Below are positions 56,184-64,000 of a stretch of DNA of 64,000 nucleotides, in pieces. Made by a program: the position numbers and the translations under genes. The notes beneath the pieces were generated by a model. It was not told the DNA's origin, searched no databases, and saw only the letters and a list, made by a program, of their open reading frames with translations. Each line of letters begins with the position of its first letter. Position 1 is the first letter of the stretch. This DNA comes from an uncultured Flavobacteriales bacterium (GTDB lineage Bacteria > Bacteroidota > Bacteroidia > Flavobacteriales_C > GCA-002722245), in contig CAJJCC010000014.1 of the NCBI GenBank assembly GCA_905182585.1, positions 6,090-70,089 on the forward strand, written 5' to 3'.

Positions 56184-58367
56184 ATGAGGTTACTTCTTGT
56201 GATTTTTGTACTTATAGCAAATATGCTGCAAGCACAAACCCTTTTATTAAGTGGGGAAATCTTAAATTTTAAATCTGGCGAACCTTTAGTTGGAGCAATA
56301 GTATATTGGGAAGGCACTAATGATGCTGTTATTACAGACTTATCTGGTGAGTTCAATATTATAAAAGATACGGTCGTAAACATTCTTGTTATTGATTACA
56401 CTGGATTTACAACACGAAAGTTTGAAATAACAAACGAGTCTCAAATAGTAGTTAACCTAGAGGAAGACAATAATAACAGTATTGATGTTGTTAAAATAAA
56501 AATCGAAAAACCCTCTACCAATATTAACATGCATACCACTATAAAAGTGGAGGAATTAAGTCAAAAAGAATTGGGTAAAGCAGCTTGCTGTAATTTATCC
56601 GAAAGCTTTGAAACCAACCCTACAGTTGATGTGTCTTTTACAGATGCTATTACAGGGACTAAACAAATTCAACTCCTTGGACTAGCGGGACCATACTCCC
56701 TTATTTCCACTGGAAACATCCCTACAATTACGGGTAATTCAGCTTTAACAGGTATTGAGTTCATTCCAGGGCAATGGTTAGAATCTATTCAATTGGTAAA
56801 AGGAACGGGTTCTGTTGTAAACGGGTACAATTCAATCGCTGGTCAAATTAATACGGAATATAAAAACCTAAATAATGAAGAAAAGCTATTTCTCAACGTT
56901 TATGGTAATTCAGCCGCGAAGGTTGAGCTTAATGCCATTAACAATTTCAAAGTAACCGAAACTATTAATTCAGGCTTATTTGTTCAGGCAGATGCAGGAT
57001 CAATTTCTATGGATAATAACAACGATGAATTCATGGACAATCAAGTAGGAGAAAAAATAGTTTTAATGAACATTTGGGAGTGCCAATCCGATAGTTCAAA
57101 TTGGACTTTTAAAGGAAGTGTGAAATTCGACTACTTGGATAAAGAAAGTGGTCAAATGCCGAACATACATTCCCGATATCTTTTCACCAATAAACAACAA
57201 AAAGCAGAAGCTTGGACCAAGCTAGGCTACGTTTTTAATTCACCAGGGAGAAGTACAGGTTTACAATTACATACTTTTAGCGATAAAAAGGATTTTGCTT
57301 TTGGGAACTCAACACTATCAGCAGTCGAACAAAAGTTTTATGCAAATTGGATATACGCTGATATTATCAGCAACTCCAATCACACCATTAAAACAGGGGT
57401 TAATTATGTATACAACTCTATTCACAACAGTTTTGATGCGTTAAATTATGGATGGGATGAGAATGTAATTGGTGCATTTGCCGAGTACACCTTTAAACCA
57501 AGCAACAAGTTTTCGTTGGTAACAGGTGGAAGAATAGATTATAGTACAGTTTGGGGTCTTATTTTAACCCCAAGAGTACATGTTAGATGGGAAATATCAG
57601 AAAACAGTGTCGTTCGTTTCTCAGGAGGGCTTGGAACTAAAAACCCAAATCCTTTCTTAGAAAACTTAGGAGTATTTGCAAGTTCTAGGAATATTATCCT
57701 CGACGCCAATCTACAACAAGAAAAGGCATGGAATTACGGATTAAACTACACCAAGAAGTTTAAGATGAAAGAAAAGCCCTATTCTGTAAGTTTTGATTTT
57801 TATCGAACAGACTTTTTAAATAAACTCATCACCAATTTGGACAATAATTCGCATGAAGTTAATTTTTACAACATCAAAAACGCGAGTTACGCCAATAGCT
57901 TTATGAGTCAATTTAAAGCCGAACCTACTAAGTATTTAAATACAACAGTTGCCTATAGATACTATGACGTTCAAACTAAATTTAACGGAACAAACTTCCA
58001 AAAAAATCCATTAACCCCTTCCCATAGAGCTTTTATAAATGCAGACGTTAAATTGCATAAAAAATGGAATTGGGATTTAACAGTCAATTGGAATGGAAAG
58101 AGCCGATTACCAAGTTTAAATGAACACCCAAACAACCTACAAGTTGGAGCGTTATCAGATGCCTATTGGTTAGCCAATTCACAACTGAAATTCAAGCCTA
58201 ATAAAAAATGGGAATTTTATATCGGAGCAGAAAACTTATTTAACTACCAGCAACCCAACGCTATTATTGATAGTTCGAACCCGTTTAGCGAAAATTTCGA
58301 TGCAAGTTTAGTATGGGGTCCGGTATTCGGACGTAAAGTATATGGTGGATTAAAACTTAAAATCTAA
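56184..58367 (+). CDS. TonB-dependent receptor with N-terminal carboxypeptidase-regulatory-like domain
   Basis: 727 aa. Signal peptide, 'GEILNFKSGEPLVGAIVYWEGT...TDLSGEF' CarbopepD_reg-like domain, plug region ('GLAGPYSLIS', 'IQLVKGTGSVVNGYNSIAGQIN'), and a beta-barrel body. Confidence 0.85.
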   Translation: MRLLLVIFVLIANMLQAQTLLLSGEILNFKSGEPLVGAIVYWEGTNDAVITDLSGEFNIIKDTVVNILVIDYTGFTTRKFEITNESQIVVNLEEDNNNSIDVVKIKIEKPSTNINMHTTIKVEELSQKELGKAACCNLSESFETNPTVDVSFTDAITGTKQIQLLGLAGPYSLISTGNIPTITGNSALTGIEFIPGQWLESIQLVKGTGSVVNGYNSIAGQINTEYKNLNNEEKLFLNVYGNSAAKVELNAINNFKVTETINSGLFVQADAGSISMDNNNDEFMDNQVGEKIVLMNIWECQSDSSNWTFKGSVKFDYLDKESGQMPNIHSRYLFTNKQQKAEAWTKLGYVFNSPGRSTGLQLHTFSDKKDFAFGNSTLSAVEQKFYANWIYADIISNSNHTIKTGVNYVYNSIHNSFDALNYGWDENVIGAFAEYTFKPSNKFSLVTGGRIDYSTVWGLILTPRVHVRWEISENSVVRFSGGLGTKNPNPFLENLGVFASSRNIILDANLQQEKAWNYGLNYTKKFKMKEKPYSVSFDFYRTDFLNKLITNLDNNSHEVNFYNIKNASYANSFMSQFKAEPTKYLNTTVAYRYYDVQTKFNGTNFQKNPLTPSHRAFINADVKLHKKWNWDLTVNWNGKSRLPSLNEHPNNLQVGALSDAYWLANSQLKFKPNKKWEFYIGAENLFNYQQPNAIIDSSNPFSENFDASLVWGPVFGRKVYGGLKLKI

Positions 58368-58662
58368 TAAATCACAACCAAAAAGATAATTGGTTTAATG
58401 TGACAAAACATTTTTTCAAAGTTGAAACCCCATATGATTTACTGAATAATAATAAAAATTAACTGTTAAAAAAATAAATTTTATTCCTTTAAATCATTGC
58501 GCTGTATGCTTTTTACACATACATTTGCAAACGTTAAGAATACTTGTCTTAACTATAGTTTAAGATTTGAAATGGCATTCCTTGTAGAACGAAGCCTTAA
58601 CAGCCTAATAACTCTACTATTGTTATTGATAATTAGTGAATAAGATATTAAGTAATTACTAT

Positions 58663-60252
58663 ATGAGTATTTTAAAAAATTACATTACAGTTCTGTTTCT
58701 GGGTTTATTACTTTCTTTTTCAAAAAAAGTAAATGCACAAAACACCTTAGATTGTTCTTATCCTGAATGGACACCTTGTTACCCTTCTTGTACTTGGGTA
58801 GCAGGTGACATTTGTAGTTATGATGACAAAGATTGGCAATTAGGATCAACAGGTCAAAATTTTAGAGCTCCTGGCTCTCAAATTGGATCGGCATACTGGG
58901 TTGAAATAAGTGACCCTTGTACAGGTTTACTCAAGCCAAGTGTTGAAGCAACCCTGGTTAGAGCAAATTATTGTACTACATCATTTGGAGTTGGATATAT
59001 TTCTACTAATGGAGGTGCTATTATTACAGCAAGAGGATTTGTTTATGGAACTTCAGGTAATCCTACTCTTGAAGATGATCTAGTATTATTAGACGCAGGT
59101 AACACCATTGGTGATGAATTTGAAGGTTTAATGGAAAATTTAACTCCTGAAACTGATTACTATGTTAGAACATATGCAACAAACAGTGAAGGAACTACTT
59201 ATGGAACTCAAGCAACTTTTACAACAAGAGCGTCTGCTGACTGCGTTTCCGACTGTAATTTAGCATGTGATGTAACTACACCTGGATTATATAATCCTTC
59301 AGTAGCTGCATTGAACACTACCTATTCAACAATAGGAGTAGGTGACACTCTATGTATTACCGAAGATCGCACTTACTCAGGAAACGTAGTAAGAGGGATG
59401 TTAAAAGTATGTAATGGAGCCACACTTACAATCTCAGGCTCCATGAATGTTCAAACTTCAGAAAATGGACCAGGGTTTAATGGACAAATTGTTTACGAAG
59501 GTTGTAATGAAACAATAAACGGATCTGGAGCATACCAAGGTGATAAAATTTCAGGAACAATTGATGATGTTGATGTGAAACAAATGATTAGTTATTGCGG
59601 TACGTGCGATGAAAATGACCAAAGTCAATTTATTAACTTAGATGATCAAAATCAAATACACTTATGGGGTGCAACTTGTAGACCAACATCAACATTACTT
59701 TTACCTGTAGAATTAATTTCATTCAGCGCTAGCCTACATGAGCAAGGTGTTTTATTAGAATGGTCAACAGGATCAGAAATCAACAATAGTCACTTCGAAA
59801 TCGAATCATCTTATGATGGAGTAAATTGGTTCAAAATTGGTATTTCTCAAGGAGCTGGAAATTCAATAGAAACAAATAACTATAGCTTTATTGATAATGG
59901 TGCTCAAGAAGGTTCTTTATATTATCGATTAAAACAAGTTGATTTTGATAGAACTGCGCATTATTCAAATATTAAGTATTTCTCTTTTGATGAATCTCAA
60001 AAACAAAAAGGTTTTATTGCTTTCCAAAATTCAAATGATCAAATTGAAATACAAGCAAAATTTAGCGGAATGGGTGAAGCTCATTTAATTGATACAAGAG
60101 GAAGGATTGTTGAAATACAAACTTTTATTAGTACAAACAAATCTGGAACTAAATTAACTTTTAACACTACTGATTTAGCAACCGGAGTTTACTTTGTAAA
60201 AATAAAATCAGGGAATGCCCTTCTTGGAGAAAAAGTTCAAGTTGTAAAGTAA
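58663..60252 (+). CDS. secreted protein with Trp/Cys-rich N-terminal module and T9SS type A C-terminal sorting domain
   Basis: Signal peptide MSILKNYITVLFLGLLLSFSKKVNAQ. 'VELISFSA....LEWST..E.NNSHFEIESS.DG..W..IG' module. Terminal 'GVYFVKIKSGNALLGEKVQVVK' is a type A CTD pattern. The ORF-track start is a GTG at 58636. Confidence 0.75.
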   Translation: MSILKNYITVLFLGLLLSFSKKVNAQNTLDCSYPEWTPCYPSCTWVAGDICSYDDKDWQLGSTGQNFRAPGSQIGSAYWVEISDPCTGLLKPSVEATLVRANYCTTSFGVGYISTNGGAIITARGFVYGTSGNPTLEDDLVLLDAGNTIGDEFEGLMENLTPETDYYVRTYATNSEGTTYGTQATFTTRASADCVSDCNLACDVTTPGLYNPSVAALNTTYSTIGVGDTLCITEDRTYSGNVVRGMLKVCNGATLTISGSMNVQTSENGPGFNGQIVYEGCNETINGSGAYQGDKISGTIDDVDVKQMISYCGTCDENDQSQFINLDDQNQIHLWGATCRPTSTLLLPVELISFSASLHEQGVLLEWSTGSEINNSHFEIESSYDGVNWFKIGISQGAGNSIETNNYSFIDNGAQEGSLYYRLKQVDFDRTAHYSNIKYFSFDESQKQKGFIAFQNSNDQIEIQAKFSGMGEAHLIDTRGRIVEIQTFISTNKSGTKLTFNTTDLATGVYFVKIKSGNALLGEKVQVVK

Positions 60253-60257
60253 TATTT

Positions 60258-60311
60258 AAAAGCATAAAAAAGGGCGGATTCATTACTGAATCCGCCCTTT
60301 TTTATGCTTTT
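60258..60311. terminator. bidirectional terminator, 25-bp perfect inverted repeat
   Basis: AAAAGCATAAAAAAGGGCGGATTCA-ttac-TGAATCCGCCCTTTTTTATGCTTTT. Confidence 0.85.
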
Positions 60312-60534
60312 AAACCCTTTTCAGTTAATCCTATAAACCCTTCTACTCATTAAGGAATTAGAATCGAATGATAAAACTGCAGTTCATAAACTAGTACCAG
60401 ATTTAGAAGATGAATTTTAATATAATTAAAGGACAACTAAACATTAAGTTTTCTATTACGATTTTCGAATACCAAAGCATTAAATAATTGCAATTTAGAA
60501 GTCCGTTACTTTTTTGAAAATTTAAACTACTGTT

Positions 60535-61578
60535 TTAATTATACCTGCTCCACCAGTCTGAGCTATTATTTTCATTCACATTTACCAACTCCCCCAATTC
60601 GGGCGTTAAATAACGGACATCTTTAGTAATTGCCGCTTTAACAAACTCATCAACCGGAGTTTTCCAATGATGTAAAGCCAAAGCAAAACCTCCCCAGTGA
60701 ACCGGCATCATTTTGTTAACCCCAGCATCAATTCCAGCCTGAACACTTTCACTTGGAAACATATGAATAGAATGCCATAGTTTATTGTATTGTCCGCACT
60801 CCATAAATCCAAAGTCAAACGGACCTAATTTCTCCCCTACCACTTTAAAATGATCCCCGTAACCGCTGTCTCCGCTAAAGTAAATGTTTTCATTGCTGGT
60901 CTTTAAAACCCAACCTCCCCAAAGCGATTTATTACGATCAGCAACTCCTCTTCCAGCAAAATGACGCGTTGGGGTAAATGTGATTTCGATATCATCAAAC
61001 TTAAACGAACTCCACCAATCAAACTCTTTAATGGCACAATTAACGCCCCATGCTTTTAAATGACGAGCACATCCAAGTGCAACCCAATATTGTTTTACTT
61101 TTCCTTTTAATTTAAGAATACTTTCCAAATCCAAATGATCGTAATGATCATGCGTTAAAAGCACCAAATCAATTTCGGGCAATTCATCAATCAAATCCAA
61201 AGTACCGTCAGAAAATCGTTTTGTTTTAAAAGGTGCAATCGGAGAAGCATCCAGACCCAACATTGGATCAATCAAAATCGTTTTACCATTCATTTGTAAC
61301 AAAACAACCGAATGTCCAAACCAAACAAATTTAGTAGAATTCGAGGGTGCTAAAAACGCCGCTTTATCAAAAGCTTTAATCGGTAAAGAAACTTCGGGTA
61401 AACGGCCTTTCTTTTTAAAAAATTGATTGTAAACCAACTTGGGAATAGAAGTAATTGGAATAAATAAAGACGTTTCCACTAGATTGTGAAAAACCTTCCC
61501 TTTCCAATTAGGAGATTGAATATAACAATCTTTTAGAGCCTTAGTTATCTTCCCTCCAAATTGCAGCATCAAACCCAT
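60535..61578 (-). CDS. MBL-fold metallo-hydrolase (NAPE-PLD/COG2220-like), no signal or anchor
   Basis: 347 aa. 'LLTHDHYDHLD' (HxHxDH motif) and 'FTPTRHFAGRG'. Paralogous to the next gene. Confidence 0.8.
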   Translation of the reverse strand: MGLMLQFGGKITKALKDCYIQSPNWKGKVFHNLVETSLFIPITSIPKLVYNQFFKKKGRLPEVSLPIKAFDKAAFLAPSNSTKFVWFGHSVVLLQMNGKTILIDPMLGLDASPIAPFKTKRFSDGTLDLIDELPEIDLVLLTHDHYDHLDLESILKLKGKVKQYWVALGCARHLKAWGVNCAIKEFDWWSSFKFDDIEITFTPTRHFAGRGVADRNKSLWGGWVLKTSNENIYFSGDSGYGDHFKVVGEKLGPFDFGFMECGQYNKLWHSIHMFPSESVQAGIDAGVNKMMPVHWGGFALALHHWKTPVDEFVKAAITKDVRYLTPELGELVNVNENNSSDWWSRYN

Positions 61579-61606
61579 TACTATAAACTTAAACTAACTG
61601 TGAAAT

Positions 61607-62743
61607 TTATAAACTCTCCCACCAAGGATTATAACGAATGTTCAATGAATCTAAATCAATCGTTTCGCCAATTACAGGAGTAACAACATTTACACCCAAA
61701 GAATCGGCGGCTTTTTTAATGCGAACAGGTGGTTCAAACCAATCATGTAACGATAAAGTAAAAGCGCCCCAATGAATTGGAATTCCCACTTTAGCATTTA
61801 AGTCTTTCACAGCCTGAGCCGACTCTTCTGGGCGCATATGAATTTGCTTCCAGTTATCGTTATACTGCCCACATTCCACCAATGCAAAATCAAATGGCCC
61901 GTAGGCATCACCAATCTTTTTAAAATGATCCCCGTATCCACCATCGCCACTAAAAAACACTCTTGAATCCTTTCCTTTGATAACCCAAGAACCCCAAAGC
62001 GTTGCATTTGCATCGGTAATTCCACGTCCAGAAAAATGACGTGTTGGCGTAAAAGCAAACTCTAACCCATTCACTTCTCCATCTTCCCACCAATTAAATT
62101 CATGAATTTTAGATGCTGGAACATCCCAAGATTTAAAATGCGCACCTACTCCAATTGGCACAATAAAATGCCCTACTTTATCCTTAATTAAATCAATCGT
62201 TTCTAAATCCAAATGATCATAATGATCATGGGAAATAAAAACAAAATCAATCTGAGGGAGCTCGGCTATCGCCAAAGGCAACTCTTTACTATATCGTTTT
62301 CTCGAAAGCCATTTAACTGGCGAGGGTGCTTTGCCAAGCATTGGATCCAATAAAATATTCTTGCCATCCAACTGCAGTAAAAACGCAGAATGCCCAAACC
62401 AAATCAACTTCGATTCGTTTTTAGTTTGTTCTAATTTTAAAGAGTCTTGTTTAACCAGCGGTAATTCAACCTGAGGGTCTCTATTTGGATTTTCCTTTAA
62501 ATACTCCTTAAAGGTTTTAACAAAAACATCCCATGAAAAACCTCGTGTTGTTTCTACAGAATTAAAAAACACAGCCTCTTTGTAGTGCCCAGTTTTTTCA
62601 TAACGTCGGATGTCCTCATCGGTATGATCTCCACCGAATTCAGCACTTGTATTCATGAATACAAAAACGCCTATAGCGAATAAAAAAAGTAGGATAAACG
62701 TCCATTTAAACAATCCTTTAATGAGCTTCCAAACAAACTTCAT
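61607..62743 (-). CDS. MBL-fold metallo-hydrolase (NAPE-PLD/COG2220-like), N-terminally membrane-anchored
   Basis: 378 aa. N-terminal TM segment (WTFILLFLFAIGVFVFM), 'FISHDHYDHLD' and 'FTPTRHFSGRG'. Confidence 0.8.
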   Translation of the reverse strand: MKFVWKLIKGLFKWTFILLFLFAIGVFVFMNTSAEFGGDHTDEDIRRYEKTGHYKEAVFFNSVETTRGFSWDVFVKTFKEYLKENPNRDPQVELPLVKQDSLKLEQTKNESKLIWFGHSAFLLQLDGKNILLDPMLGKAPSPVKWLSRKRYSKELPLAIAELPQIDFVFISHDHYDHLDLETIDLIKDKVGHFIVPIGVGAHFKSWDVPASKIHEFNWWEDGEVNGLEFAFTPTRHFSGRGITDANATLWGSWVIKGKDSRVFFSGDGGYGDHFKKIGDAYGPFDFALVECGQYNDNWKQIHMRPEESAQAVKDLNAKVGIPIHWGAFTLSLHDWFEPPVRIKKAADSLGVNVVTPVIGETIDLDSLNIRYNPWWESL

Positions 62744-62749
62744 ATTACG

Positions 62750-62944
62750 TTAATTAAAAATATTTAACGATACTAAATCGGCAATAAAGTCAGATGTACC
62801 AAAGAAAAATCTTACAAACCAATTTGGTTTTTTATCCATAATCTCTGCCGAGAGTTTCCAAGTTTGAACCATCTTAGAGAATGCAATCGTCAATAAAAGT
62901 CCTGTGAATAAGTACAGTGAAATCATAATTCCAATTTCAACCAA
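62750..62944 (-). CDS. possible small membrane protein
   Basis: 64-aa ORF with a TTG start and one hydrophobic segment, 6 nt upstream of the MBL gene. No other support. Confidence 0.3.
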   Translation of the reverse strand: MVEIGIMISLYLFTGLLLTIAFSKMVQTWKLSAEIMDKKPNWFVRFFFGTSDFIADLVSLNIFN

Positions 62945-62989
62945 AGCTACGTCGATAAATTGAGTCTTACCATGAAAATTGATGAACGG

Positions 62990-63651
62990 TTATAATTTGG
63001 TAGCAAGCCCAAATTGAGCGGCCCAATCATAAGGATATCCATCAAAGTCAATACTCGTAACCCTTTGATGACCTTCTCTTATTATTGGATTCTCGATCTT
63101 TGTAGATGAAACTCCAAGCATACCAAACATAAAACCAACTCTGATAAATAAATTCACAGTCTTGTTTAATGAAAAACCCTGGAATAAATCAAAACTAATG
63201 TTTGATTGTAAGAGAACCTTGAGTTATTATAAATAGTTGAAGCTGAATAATTCAAGCGAGAATTCTCCAAGATAGTCTTCGTTCCCAAACCTCCATAAAT
63301 ATGCAATCTTTCCCATTTTGTAAATTTTAAATTATAGGAATAATTTAACCGAACTAATCGCTTCGACTCTTCACCAATTAACGTTAGAAACATATCACCA
63401 CTATACATTTCATTTTTAGCCGTTTCTAACTTTAGCACTTTTATTGGTTGCTCGTTCCTTCTAGCCCCAATAAATAATAACGAAGGCAATCCCCAATTGA
63501 AATTAAATTTACTTGTATTGTTATTCGAAAGCGGATAAATATCTTTTTGAGCAACACCAAAAACACCAATTTTATAAGCCCAAACAGAATCTTGCTGTGC
63601 ATTAATCACAAACGCTAATACCGACAATAAAATAACGCAGATATTTTTTAT
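62990..63651 (-). pseudogene. outer-membrane beta-barrel-like gene, apparently disrupted (no canonical start, plus a frameshift)
   Basis: ORF 63166..63627 continues in a shifted frame to a TAA at 62990-62992, encoding ..FSLNKTVNLFIRVGFMFGMLGVSS...DGYPYDWAAQFGLATKL. Upstream in-frame codons read IKNICVILLSVLAFVINAQQ, a signal peptide with ATA (63649-63651) where ATG is expected. Confidence 0.4.
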
Positions 63652-63667
63652 CCCTAAAAATAGATAT

Positions 63668-63695
63668 AAAAAAAAGCATCCATAAAGGATGCTTT
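63668..63695 (-). terminator. rho-independent terminator of the helicase gene
   Basis: On the minus strand: AAAGCATCC-tttat-GGATGCTTT followed by TTTTT. Confidence 0.75.
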
Positions 63696-63719
63696 CGTAA
63701 TTATCTAAATAAACTGTTT

Positions 63720-64000
63720 TTATCTTCTTGATTTCTTTCTGAAGTTTCCTCCACCGCCTCCACCTCTATTATTGGGCTTTCTTCGGTTATTATTCCCTCC
63801 ATTCTTCTTTGTCAATTCAGCTTCCAATTTTTCAACCTCAGCTAAAGGACTTTGCTCAAAACCAGGAATTGATTTTTTAGGAATTTTAAAACCCAATAAC
63901 TTCTCAATATCTCTGATGTATTCTTCTTCGTCGTGACTTACTATCGAAATAGCTTCACCACTTGCTCCCGCTCTACCAGTACGTCCAATTCTGTGAACAT
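63720..64000 (-). CDS. DEAD-box RNA helicase, C-terminal fragment (5' end lies outside the window)
   Basis: The minus-strand translation ..[20 protein letters not shown].. contains helicase motif VI, then a basic Gly/Arg/Asn tail ending ..[16 protein letters not shown]. Not in the ORF track because no start codon lies inside the window. Confidence 0.85.
   Translation of the reverse strand, partial: VHRIGRTGRAGASGEAISIVSHDEEEYIRDIEKLLGFKIPKKSIPGFEQSPLAEVEKLEAELTKKNGGNNNRRKPNNRGGGGGGNFRKKSRR

Noticed and set aside
1-64000. Looked for CRISPR arrays, rRNA and tRNA genes, transposases, integrases, phage genes and long terminal inverted repeats
   Set aside because: No regularly spaced direct repeats. 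No T-loop-like GGTTCGAATCC-type tRNA signatures or rRNA-like stretches noticed. No ORF has a DDE, tyrosine-recombinase or serine-recombinase motif. The scan was by eye, so small tRNAs or ncRNAs could have been missed.

Overview
AT-rich (about one-third G+C by eye) chromosomal segment from a member of the Bacteroidota, Flavobacteriia/Cytophagia-like. Supporting signs are gldH, T9SS type A and type B C-terminal sorting domains, A-rich start contexts without Shine-Dalgarno sequences, and TAnnTTTG -7 boxes. About 60 protein genes are tightly packed, with many 1-4 nt start/stop overlaps, and most are core housekeeping genes in conserved blocks. In order: a Tat-signal nitroreductase-like gene plus an adenylate-forming enzyme; a carotenoid cluster (desaturase, PF04240-like membrane protein, crtZ, fused lycopene cyclase); an SLC13 permease; an HU/SPOR protein; DAHP synthase-chorismate mutase; a 1217-aa T9SS type B protein; ruvB and tdk; an exbB-exbD-exbD block; rbfA, a lolE-like permease and argH; folB, glnS and an M1 aminopeptidase; truB-uppP-DUF3098-ftsX; hemA; PBP1A-gldH-PSP1; a tandem Usp protein; and a 10-gene suf block (sufA-like, B, C, D, S, E, DUF59, DUF2480). 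The last 15 kb looks more accessory. It holds a 1239-aa propeller-sensor/adenylate-cyclase/HD fusion, an XRE regulator, a DinB-like gene preceded by a structured leader with a GC-rich intrinsic terminator, about 730 bp with no ORF, a putative metal-uptake cluster (Cys-rich small protein, secreted HMA protein, TonB-dependent receptor), a T9SS type A cargo, two tandem MBL-fold paralogs, an apparently disrupted beta-barrel OMP gene, and the 3' end of a DEAD-box helicase. I recognised no rRNA, tRNA, CRISPR array, transposase, integrase or phage gene. No clear-cut novel multi-gene system (such as a defence island) is evident. The best second-look candidates are the cyclase-HD fusion, the riboswitch-like leader upstream of the DinB-like gene, an aromatic-rich leader peptide upstream of the DAHP synthase gene, and the HMA/TonB-receptor cluster. 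All functional calls rest on motifs read by eye. No database search or RNA folding was run.
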